From an uncultured bacterium (GTDB taxonomy: Bacteria > Verrucomicrobiota > Lentisphaeria > Victivallales > UBA1829): DNA of 64,000 nucleotides. Of the stretch, positions 49,409-57,194 are shown piece by piece. The notes beneath the pieces are model-generated. The model did no database searches and was not told the origin of the DNA. It saw only the letters and a program-made list of their open reading frames with translations. How positions within the stretch are numbered: position 1 is the first letter of the stretch; each line of letters begins with the position of its first letter. The DNA lies in the NCBI GenBank assembly GCA_902762495.1, contig CACWOL010000001.1:5548-69547 (forward strand). The letters are read 5' to 3'. The translations under genes were made by a program, and so were the position numbers.

Positions 49409-50902
49409 ATGGGCGGTTTTTTCGGCGTTGTCTCTAACGGTGACTGCGTGGACGACCTTTTCTACGGGGTCGATTACCATTCGCATCTGGGCACGGTCCG
49501 CGGCGGCATGGCCGTCACCAATCCCTACGGTTCCATCATCCGTTCCATCCACGACATCTCCAACGAGATGTTCCGGTCCAAGTTCGGGCCCGAACTCGAG
49601 ACATTCCGCGGCGCGAAGTGCGGCATCGGCGTCATCAGCGACATGGACGACCAGCCGCTTCTGATCGCATCCCACCTCGGCATGTACAGCATCGTGACCG
49701 TCGGCAAGCTCAACAACATCGAGGAGCTGACCCGGCAGGCCATCGAGGAGCACCATATCCACTTCGCCGAACACAGCAACGGCGAGCACAACCCGACCGA
49801 AGTCGTCGCCTCGCTCATCAACACGCAGAAGACCATCGAGGACGGCATCGCCTACGCCATGCACCGCATCAAGGGCTCCTGCTCCATGCTCGTCATGGCG
49901 GACGGCAAGATCTACGCCGCCCGCGACCGCTACGGCCGCACGCCCGTCTCCATCGCGAAACGGGCCGGCGCGATGGCCGTCTCCATGGAGACCTCCGCGT
50001 ACCCGAACCTCGACTACGAGTTCGTGCGCGACCTCGGCCCCGCCGAGATCGTGCTGATCGACGCCGAATCCGTCACACAGCTGAAGGCCCCCGAGGAAAC
50101 CATGCAGATCTGCTCGTTCCTGTGGGTCTACTTCGGCTATCCCTCCTCCGACTACGAGGGCCGCAACACCGAGACCGTCCGTTATGAGAACGGCGCGCGC
50201 ATTGCCGCACACGATGCCGTCGAGGTCGATTCCGTCTGCGGCGTGCCCGATTCCGGCGTCGCGCACGCCATCGGCTACTCAAACAAGAAGGGCCGCCCCT
50301 ATCTGCGCGCCCTCGTCAAATACACGCCCACCTGGCTCCGCAGCTTCATGCCCCAGGTACAGTCCCACCGCAACCTCATCGCGAAGATGAAACTGCTCCC
50401 CGTGCAGGACCAGATCGAGGGGAAACGCCTGCTCTTCTGCGACGACTCCATCGTCCGCGGCACCCAGTTCCGCGACGTCACGCGCCGTCTGCTCGAACGC
50501 GGCGCAAAGGAAGTGCACCTGCGCTCCGCCTCCCCTCCGCTCGCGTTCCCCTGCCTCTTCCTCAACTTCTCGCGTTCGCGTTCCGTGATGGACCTCGCCG
50601 CGCGCCGCATCATCGCCGAGCTCGAAGGCGGCGAACCCACGCCGGAGATCCTGCGCGAATACATCACCGCCGGGACGCCACGTTACGAGCGCATGGTCGA
50701 GAAGATCCGCCAGAAACTCGGCCTCACGACCCTGAAATACCAGACCATCGACCAGCTCGTCGAGGCCATCGGGCTCCCGAAGTGCAAGCTCTGCACGTTC
50801 TGTTTCGACGGCTGCGACCCGACCGGCTGCGCGAAGTGGATCGGCTGCGCCTGCCCCTCGGACGAGCCCGCCGCCGAACCGAAAGACCCGAAAAAGAAAT
50901 AA
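49409..50902 (+). CDS. Amidophosphoribosyltransferase-like protein (class II GATase fold plus PRTase) lacking the N-terminal Cys nucleophile
   Basis: AAGGAG RBS at 49393-98. The protein starts MGGFFGVVS (canonical PurF starts MCG). The PRTase loop is LLFCDDSIVRGTQ. It has a Cys-rich C-terminus CKLCTFCFDGCDPTGCAKWIGCAC. Confidence 0.75.
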   Translation: MGGFFGVVSNGDCVDDLFYGVDYHSHLGTVRGGMAVTNPYGSIIRSIHDISNEMFRSKFGPELETFRGAKCGIGVISDMDDQPLLIASHLGMYSIVTVGKLNNIEELTRQAIEEHHIHFAEHSNGEHNPTEVVASLINTQKTIEDGIAYAMHRIKGSCSMLVMADGKIYAARDRYGRTPVSIAKRAGAMAVSMETSAYPNLDYEFVRDLGPAEIVLIDAESVTQLKAPEETMQICSFLWVYFGYPSSDYEGRNTETVRYENGARIAAHDAVEVDSVCGVPDSGVAHAIGYSNKKGRPYLRALVKYTPTWLRSFMPQVQSHRNLIAKMKLLPVQDQIEGKRLLFCDDSIVRGTQFRDVTRRLLERGAKEVHLRSASPPLAFPCLFLNFSRSRSVMDLAARRIIAELEGGEPTPEILREYITAGTPRYERMVEKIRQKLGLTTLKYQTIDQLVEAIGLPKCKLCTFCFDGCDPTGCAKWIGCACPSDEPAAEPKDPKKK

Positions 50903-50983
50903 CCCAGAGAACTAACTCCGCCTCAATTCAACAATCAATCATTACGCACAAATACGCCCGCATTCAAGGAAAGGAGCACCGTT

Positions 50984-53065
50984 ATGAGATCGAAATCCTG
51001 GAACCGTTTTCTGGCCGCATTCATGATCGTTTTTGCGCTGCTCCTGGGCGCCTGCCAGAGTACCGAGCCGGAGGAAGCGCCCGCCGACGAAACGGCGATT
51101 GCGGAACCCACCGGTCCCTGGCCGACCGCGCGCCTGATCGGCGAGCTCTCCGGGCATGACCCGATTGAAGGCTTCAACCGGAGCATGTTCGAGGTCGACT
51201 GCGTGATCATGGACTACATCGCGCGCCCGCTGGGCTGGATCTGGTCCAGCGTTCTGCCGCGCCCCGTGATCCAGTGCATCGAAAACGCCTGCCACAACCT
51301 CGCGTTCCCCGGCCGCCTCGTTTCCTCGCTCGGCAGCGCCGAGTTCGAATGCGCGGGCGTCGAGACGGGGCGTTTCCTGCTGAACTCCACCGTCGGCATC
51401 GCCGGGCTCTTCGACCCCGCCGAATACTGGTTCCACCTCTACAAGACCGACGCCGATTTCGGGCGCATGTTCGCCACCTGGGGAATCGGCCCGGGCTGCC
51501 GCCTCATCATCCCCGGCAGCCGGCACATCAACATCCGCGACGACGTCGGCAGCATCTTCGACTATCTGCTTGACATCCGCACCTACCTGCCCTACTCCAG
51601 CTGGGCGTACGTCAACAACGTCGTGGCGATGCATCCGCAGTTCATAAACGTGATCAAGGGGTCCGCCGACCCGTACCGCACCTACGTGATGATGCAGCTC
51701 CTGAACCGCGAACTCCAGCTCGACAAGTGGTACTACGACTACGCGAAGGACGTCTACCACAACCGCCTGCCCGAGCTCCCGCCCGATCAGGGCACCACGA
51801 TGCCGGAAAGCCTCCACGGCCGCCGCAAGGTCCTGAAGGACTACCATTCGCTCGGACCCGTGATCGACACCCTCCGCGCGATCTACTTCGTACCGCAGAA
51901 GGACCACGACTGGTGGTACGCGCGCCTCTCCATCTTCAACTCCGACTTCGAGGACAAGATCCACACGCGCAAGGTCACGGTCGGCATCGACCCCGAACGC
52001 TCCCGCCTCAGATACGGGTTCTTCGAAGCGCCAAAGCCGAAGGACGAGAACGAAGTACGGCCTGAAAAGCTCGCCATCGTCATCCCCGGCATCGGCAGCA
52101 TCTACAACAGCCAGACCGCCCTCGCCACCGCCGAGGAGTTCTACAACGCCGGATACAGCGTCGTGCTCGTCGACAACGGATTCAACTGGCGCTTCATGAC
52201 CGCCACCGACGGCAAGCTGCCCGGATACACCCCGCACGACGCCGCCAAGATGCGCACCGTGCTGCAGAAGATCCTCGCCGATCTCCGCGAAGACGGCAAG
52301 ATCAAGGACCCGCGGATCGTCCTCACCGGCTGGTCCATGGGCGGCATCGAGCTCTGCCACATCGCCGCCATGGAGGAGAAGGAAAACACCCTCGGCATCA
52401 GCCGTTATCTCCCCATCAACCCGCCCGCCGACCTGATCACGGCGCTGCAGACCGCCGATTCCTATGCCGCCGTGACGAAGGACTGGACCTTCGACGAGGC
52501 CGTGGAAAAGGTCTCCTCCGGGGCCGGACTCCAGTACGTCCTCACGAAAGAGGTGATCCCGCCGCTCGATCCCGAAAAGCCGGAGACGTTCACGCGTCCG
52601 CCGCTCGTCGGCGACGACGTTGCCAAGTTCTTCGTGGCGTTCTCCATCCAGAGCTGCCTCACCGAAGACCTGGAGAAGACCCAGCGCGAGGGCAAGTATC
52701 CCCTCCCGATCTCCGCCCCCTGCACCATGTTCAACCGCGAGGACTTCTACCGCGAGGTCGGCGACATCGGGTTCATGGAGTACATCACGCGCTTCCTCTT
52801 CCCCCAGATGGGCAAGGATATCAGCGAACTCGACAAGCTCGCCGCCGAATCCGGACTCCGCGCCGTCGAATCCACGCTCAAAAACAACAAGTCCGTCCGC
52901 ATGATCCATTCCTGGGACGACATCCTCATCAACGATGCCGACCGCAAGTTCCTCGACGAGACACTCGGCGACCGCATCACCTGGTTCTCCAACGGCGGCC
53001 ACTGCGGCCAGTTCTACACCAAAGCCTTCCGCGAAGAGCTCCTCTCCCGCGCCGAAGAGGAGTAA
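50984..53065 (+). CDS. Fusion lipoprotein: MlaA/VacJ-like domain plus C-terminal alpha/beta-hydrolase domain
   Basis: Lipobox LLLGAC. GFNRSMFEVD..LNSTVGIAGLFDPA is MlaA/VacJ-like. The C-terminal half has the LTGWSMGG nucleophile elbow and later SWDD..GGHCG (candidate Asp/His). Confidence 0.7.
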   Translation: MRSKSWNRFLAAFMIVFALLLGACQSTEPEEAPADETAIAEPTGPWPTARLIGELSGHDPIEGFNRSMFEVDCVIMDYIARPLGWIWSSVLPRPVIQCIENACHNLAFPGRLVSSLGSAEFECAGVETGRFLLNSTVGIAGLFDPAEYWFHLYKTDADFGRMFATWGIGPGCRLIIPGSRHINIRDDVGSIFDYLLDIRTYLPYSSWAYVNNVVAMHPQFINVIKGSADPYRTYVMMQLLNRELQLDKWYYDYAKDVYHNRLPELPPDQGTTMPESLHGRRKVLKDYHSLGPVIDTLRAIYFVPQKDHDWWYARLSIFNSDFEDKIHTRKVTVGIDPERSRLRYGFFEAPKPKDENEVRPEKLAIVIPGIGSIYNSQTALATAEEFYNAGYSVVLVDNGFNWRFMTATDGKLPGYTPHDAAKMRTVLQKILADLREDGKIKDPRIVLTGWSMGGIELCHIAAMEEKENTLGISRYLPINPPADLITALQTADSYAAVTKDWTFDEAVEKVSSGAGLQYVLTKEVIPPLDPEKPETFTRPPLVGDDVAKFFVAFSIQSCLTEDLEKTQREGKYPLPISAPCTMFNREDFYREVGDIGFMEYITRFLFPQMGKDISELDKLAAESGLRAVESTLKNNKSVRMIHSWDDILINDADRKFLDETLGDRITWFSNGGHCGQFYTKAFREELLSRAEEE

Positions 53066-53091
53066 GTTCTTTCGCGTTCCGCCCGGTTAGT

Positions 53092-53116
53092 GGTTGTTTC
53101 CAAAATGGAAATAACC
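53092..53116. promoter_or_regulatory. Palindrome 1 upstream of the paralog array
   Basis: GGTTGTTTCCA-AAA-TGGAAATAACC, with 11-nt arms and one mismatch. Confidence 0.6.
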
Positions 53117-53138
53117 ACTTTCAAGGCATCATAGCCCC

Positions 53139-53163
53139 AACTGTTTCCAAAATGGAAATAGTT
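53139..53163. promoter_or_regulatory. Palindrome 2 upstream of the paralog array
   Basis: AACTGTTTCCA-AAA-TGGAAATAGTT. It shares the 19-nt core TGTTTCCAAAATGGAAATA with palindrome 1, lies 47 nt from it and ends 14 nt before the ATG at 53177. Confidence 0.6.
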
Positions 53164-53176
53164 CATCAGAAAGGAA

Positions 53177-53779
53177 ATGACGATGGATTGGAAACAGCAG
53201 TTCAAAGTTCATGATCTCAGCTTCCGGGAGACCATTATCATTCTCCTGGTGGTCGCGGTTTGTGAGGTTATCCTGATGTTTATCTTCCCCTGGCGGGGGC
53301 CGGTTTGGAATGCAGTCACTCGCTGCGGGATCAACCAAAGGTCGATCTACAGAATCATGAGCAGGGTTCCCGACGGGGACGAATTCGAGCTGCCGCCCGA
53401 ATGGACCGTCGCCGACCTGATCCGGGAGGCGGTCAGGAAAGACCGTCAATCGCCCCACCCCATGGAGGAAAATTATTTTATCTGCCGGAATATCAGTAAA
53501 GTACGCGAATGCGATTTTCCCTATGACCTTCGGCCCTATCTGGTGTTTCCGGTGCCCGCCTCGGTCGTGTTCGACGAATCGCTTCAGAAGCCCGTTCCGA
53601 TCCTCATGTGCTGGCCGGGCGCGCATGACGGCAAACACTGCTCGATGGTCCTCTACTCCGATGGAACAACGAACCCCCTGACCCCGGAAGAAGCGGAAAA
53701 GCTCGTTGCCGAGTATTCGCCCGTGCCGCTGGAGATAGAATTTGAAACCGGGCCGGAAGAGGACAGGGAATCGCAATAA
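53177..53779 (+). CDS. Paralog 1 of a tandem five-member family (membrane-anchored, function unknown)
   Basis: MTMDWKQQF.., TM helix, PPEWTVADLIREAV, RPYLVFPVPASVVFDESL, PVPILMCWPGAHDG, VLYSDGT..LTPEEAEKLVAEYSPVP. Confidence 0.65.
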   Translation: MTMDWKQQFKVHDLSFRETIIILLVVAVCEVILMFIFPWRGPVWNAVTRCGINQRSIYRIMSRVPDGDEFELPPEWTVADLIREAVRKDRQSPHPMEENYFICRNISKVRECDFPYDLRPYLVFPVPASVVFDESLQKPVPILMCWPGAHDGKHCSMVLYSDGTTNPLTPEEAEKLVAEYSPVPLEIEFETGPEEDRESQ

Positions 53780-53825
53780 TCGGATATTTTGTCTAATATG
53801 CTGTCAATGAAAGGAATCTAATGCT

Positions 53826-54098
53826 ATGACACAGTACGGAGCGATCAAAGTCTTTGAACACAAACGGATCCGTTCCTCCTGGGACGAGGAAACCGAAACA
53901 TGGTATTACTCCATCGTCGATGTGGTCGGCATTCTGACCGATCAGCCGGACGCCCGGCACGCCTCCAACTATTGGAAAGTTCTCAAAAACCGTTTAGCCA
54001 AAGAGGGTTGTGAGTTGGTTACAAATTGTAACCAACTGAAAATGCCCGGTGCCGACGGTAAACTTTACAAGACCGACGTCGCGGGAGGTCCGTCATGA
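53826..54098 (+). CDS. Bro-N/antirepressor-like N-terminal domain, apparently truncated (90 aa)
   Basis: IKVFEHKRIRSSWDEETETWYYSIVDVVGILTDQPDARHASNYWKVLKNRL..NCNQLKMPGADGKLYKTDVA matches the N-terminal part of Bro-N family proteins I remember from phage and Bacteroidota. It ends abruptly where paralog 2 begins (ATGA overlap). Confidence 0.6.
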   Translation: MTQYGAIKVFEHKRIRSSWDEETETWYYSIVDVVGILTDQPDARHASNYWKVLKNRLAKEGCELVTNCNQLKMPGADGKLYKTDVAGGPS

Positions 54099-54781
54099 AA
54101 AACGTTTTACTCATCTTTCTGGTGATTCTGCTTGTACTCATCGGGGGATGTATCTTTCTGGAACCGTATCAGCATCACGCGATCCATGCGCGGCTCTACG
54201 CCACGGATTGTATAGGGTCGCTCGGGCACATAGGTCATATCCTGTATTATCTGGCGAGGCCCGATGAAGAACCGGTACTGCTGAACGCAAGCGTGATCGT
54301 CGTATCGGCTGACGGGGAAAGGGTTTCGGAACCGTGGTCGTGGCGGCGGGAAGGGGACATCCCCCCGGAGATTACACAGGACACCACGATTCTTGATTTG
54401 ATTCAGGAAGCTGTGCGCCGGGGGGATCTAGGCAGTGAAAGGCTTTGTTGCCCGTACAGCAAGCGTCCCTATCTGGTATTCCCCGTGCCCGCTTCGGTCC
54501 TGCTTCAGCCCGAGGATCCGCAGCACCGGATCCCGATTGTCATGGATTGCCCGGATTCCCACATGGAGACCGATTTCAGGGTGAAGCTCTTCATGGCGCG
54601 GGATTCGCACACCGGGAAGAAATACCACCTCACGGCGCGCGTTCTGTACGCGGACGGCGGTGTCGGAACGATCAGCATGGAGGAGGCCGAACAGCTCGTT
54701 TCGAATTATTCGCCCGTGCCGTTCGAGCTGAAACCGGAAACAACCGACGGAACCGGCGTCCGGTCCGGCGACGGCGAGTAA
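54095..54781 (+). CDS. Paralog 2 of the tandem family
   Basis: TM helix, TTILDLIQEAV, CCPYSKRPYLVFPVPASVLL, RIPIVMDCPDSH, VLYADGG..ISMEEAEQLVSNYSPVP. Confidence 0.65.
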   Translation: MKNVLLIFLVILLVLIGGCIFLEPYQHHAIHARLYATDCIGSLGHIGHILYYLARPDEEPVLLNASVIVVSADGERVSEPWSWRREGDIPPEITQDTTILDLIQEAVRRGDLGSERLCCPYSKRPYLVFPVPASVLLQPEDPQHRIPIVMDCPDSHMETDFRVKLFMARDSHTGKKYHLTARVLYADGGVGTISMEEAEQLVSNYSPVPFELKPETTDGTGVRSGDGE

Positions 54782-54858
54782 ATCGCCGCCCGGAATCATC
54801 TGTTTGAACATACTTTTTTTCGCTTTTTTGTTTTTTCCTATTGGTTTTTCCGGCGGCC

Positions 54859-54870
54859 TGTGGTATAATA
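54859..54870 (+). promoter_or_regulatory. Extended -10 promoter element inside the paralog array
   Basis: TGTGGTATAATA, which is TGn + TATAAT, about 165 nt upstream of the ATG at 55034. Confidence 0.5.
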
Positions 54871-55033
54871 GTTAGAGAAGCTTTTATTTGACGGGCAATC
54901 GCAACAACAAGTCCTGAGGGCGAATGACAACGGAAAAGAAAACGTGGAAAAAGATTTGGAACGCGCGCGTTCAAAATCCGTCATGGACGCGTTTCCGCAT
55001 CGCGCTTCGGGGTGATCCGAAGGGCATGATCCG

Positions 55034-55687
55034 ATGAAAACAGCGGACAAAATGGTGCGGACCATGCCGTTCTGGAAGTCATGTTCGACGGTCCTGTGGA
55101 TCTTCCTGATCCTGTGTATCGTGTCCACGGTCCTGCATAATTGCGGGCATGACGCATGGGGGAATACATGGGGGCTGTTCCATAAATGCACGGACAACCT
55201 CAAATGTATTTTCTGGACCGCCTGCGAGGCGGCGAAATGCTACGACGGAACCGGGGAGGAACAGCAGGAGCTCCCGCCCGGGATGACGTTTTACGACCTG
55301 ATCCGGGAACCGGATCCGGCGGCATTGTTCGGCTCGGAAGAAGACCGGTTTGTCTGCCCGAAAGACGGACAGCCGTACCTGGTGTTTCCTGTCTCCGCCG
55401 CCGAAGTCCTCGATTATTTCCAATACGAGGCAATGCTCCGCGACGGAGCGAAGCCGGAACGCGAGCTCCGGGCGTTCCCGCTCGCCATGTGCCCCTGTAC
55501 CCATTCCAAACTCGGTGAAAGAAACGATCCGCAATACGTTCTGATCCTGTATTCGGACGGTACGATCAAGCCCAAAACGCCCGAGGAAGCCGAAGCGATC
55601 GCCGCGGGACAGTCGCTCCGCCCGATCGGTCCCTCAAAACCAAAGGACAAATGGAAATGGCTGAAAGACCTGACAAAGATCCGGTAA
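55034..55687 (+). CDS. Paralog 3 of the tandem family (most divergent)
   Basis: TM helix, PPGMTFYDLIRE, FVCPKDGQPYLVFPVSAAEVL, FPLAMCPCTH, LILYSDGT..KTPEEAEAIAAGQS. The start is uncertain because several in-frame ATGs are available. Confidence 0.6.
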   Translation: MKTADKMVRTMPFWKSCSTVLWIFLILCIVSTVLHNCGHDAWGNTWGLFHKCTDNLKCIFWTACEAAKCYDGTGEEQQELPPGMTFYDLIREPDPAALFGSEEDRFVCPKDGQPYLVFPVSAAEVLDYFQYEAMLRDGAKPERELRAFPLAMCPCTHSKLGERNDPQYVLILYSDGTIKPKTPEEAEAIAAGQSLRPIGPSKPKDKWKWLKDLTKIR

Positions 55688-56340
55688 GCCCTGCGAAACA
55701 GGGGGAAAGCGGCACCGTCCGGGCGTATCATCTGATATGGTTCATTGTGATCGCGGCGGCGATCTTCGTGCTGATGGGGATACTTCTGCCGCCATTGGGG
55801 CCGGTGAGACCCGGCCCGGTTGCCACTGACTGCCGATCCGGTCTTTTTGCCGGGTGGAAAGAATTGAGATACGATCTGCCGGAGCAGTACAAGGACAAGA
55901 CTGGGAATCCGCCGCCGGAGTGGACCGTCCCGGACCTGATCCGCGCGGTAAACAAGTCGTGGAATAGAAGCCGTCCGCTTTTCTCATCCTGCCCCGTGTG
56001 CTTCCTCCCGGAAGACAAAGGCGGGCGGAAGCAGGGGTATCTGGTGTTTCCCGCGCCCGCCTCGGTCGTGTTGTTCGACGATTCGCTCCGTCCGCCCGTC
56101 CCGATCGTCATGGACCTGCCCGGCACACACGGCGATTTCTACGGCACGAACGTCCTTTTCTCCGACGGGACCGTGATTTCGCTGACCACGGAAGAGGCGG
56201 AAAAACTCGCCGCCGAACAGTCGCCCGTGCCGATCGAGGAGGTCTACCGGAACGATCAGGAGGCGGAACAACATCTTTCCGCACAGTCGCCGGAGCAGAC
56301 CGGCACGGATTCCGGTATTCAACCCGAGGAGGGCAAATGA
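55651..56340 (+). CDS. Paralog 4 of the tandem family
   Basis: TM helix, PPEWTVPDLIRAV, GYLVFPAPASVVLFDDSL, PVPIVMDLPGTHGDFYGTNVLFSDGT, LTTEEAEKLAAEQSPVP. It overlaps paralog 3 by 37 nt if the first ATG is used. Confidence 0.62.
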   Translation: MEMAERPDKDPVSPAKQGESGTVRAYHLIWFIVIAAAIFVLMGILLPPLGPVRPGPVATDCRSGLFAGWKELRYDLPEQYKDKTGNPPPEWTVPDLIRAVNKSWNRSRPLFSSCPVCFLPEDKGGRKQGYLVFPAPASVVLFDDSLRPPVPIVMDLPGTHGDFYGTNVLFSDGTVISLTTEEAEKLAAEQSPVPIEEVYRNDQEAEQHLSAQSPEQTGTDSGIQPEEGK

Positions 56341-56945
56341 TCATGGATTGGAAGAAGCAGTTCGACATCCACAAAGAATCAAGCGGCATTATAATAATAT
56401 GCGTCATCCTCCTGATCGCGGTGCTCGTGGATTTTCTTTTCTCCCCAATATGCTCAAAAAGTGCGGCCCTTTCCCGCCATTGTATCGCAAATCTGAACGT
56501 TATCCCCAAATACATGTATTACACGGCGGAAGAAATGGAACCGGAAGACCTGGCGAAAATGACGGTCGCCGACCTGTTTCAGGAGTCGATCCGCAAATGG
56601 AAGATGAAGAAAGATCAGGTCGTCTGCCCCATTGACGGTCGGCCGTATGATATCTTCCCTCTGTCCGCCGCCGAGTTTGTCCGGGGTTTCGAATCCGGGG
56701 ATCATCCGGTCCCAGTCGTCATGTGCCGCGGCACGCATGTGAAAGATGTAAGGGGATGGTCCGGCTGGTACAAAACATACTACGGAACGCCGGTCGTTTA
56801 TATGGACGGGCTCAGAGAATTGAGCCGGGAAGAGGCGGAGAAACTCGTTTCGGAGTTATCACCAAAACCGATAGAGTTTCCGACACAACAGGCCGCCGGA
56901 CCGGACGACTCATCATCCGGTCATCCGTCCGATTCGACACCTTGA
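56337..56945 (+). CDS. Paralog 5 of the tandem family
   Basis: In ORF 55998-56945 I chose ATG 56337 (MIMDWKKQF, parallel to paralog 1 MTMDWKQQF), which makes an ATGA overlap with paralog 4. MTVADLFQESI, VVCPIDGRPYDIFPLSAAEFV, PVPVVMCRGTH, LSREEAEKLVSELSPKP. Confidence 0.62.
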   Translation: MIMDWKKQFDIHKESSGIIIICVILLIAVLVDFLFSPICSKSAALSRHCIANLNVIPKYMYYTAEEMEPEDLAKMTVADLFQESIRKWKMKKDQVVCPIDGRPYDIFPLSAAEFVRGFESGDHPVPVVMCRGTHVKDVRGWSGWYKTYYGTPVVYMDGLRELSREEAEKLVSELSPKPIEFPTQQAAGPDDSSSGHPSDSTP

Positions 56946-57123
56946 CCATTATTTATAATTATTTCTACATCAAATCATTGACAGAATGACGGACGGTTTG
57001 ACGATTGTTCCGTCATTTCCGCCGGACAATCGAAAACCGGCGTTTCATGGCAGAAGAAAAAGGAAGGTTATTATATCTTGTTATCTTCTCTGTTTGTTTT
57101 CTTGCTACTCCCCGCCTGGACAC

Positions 57124-57160
57124 GAAAATCGCCGGGGAATCCGATGGGATTCGCCCGGCG
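57124..57160 (-). terminator. Candidate terminator of the serpin gene
   Basis: Imperfect hairpin GCCGGGGAATC..GATTCGCCCGGC (57131-57160). On the minus strand it is followed by ATTTTC. Confidence 0.4.
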
Positions 57161-57194
57161 CAGAATGGAGAAGTGTTCGAATCCGGTCCGGTCT

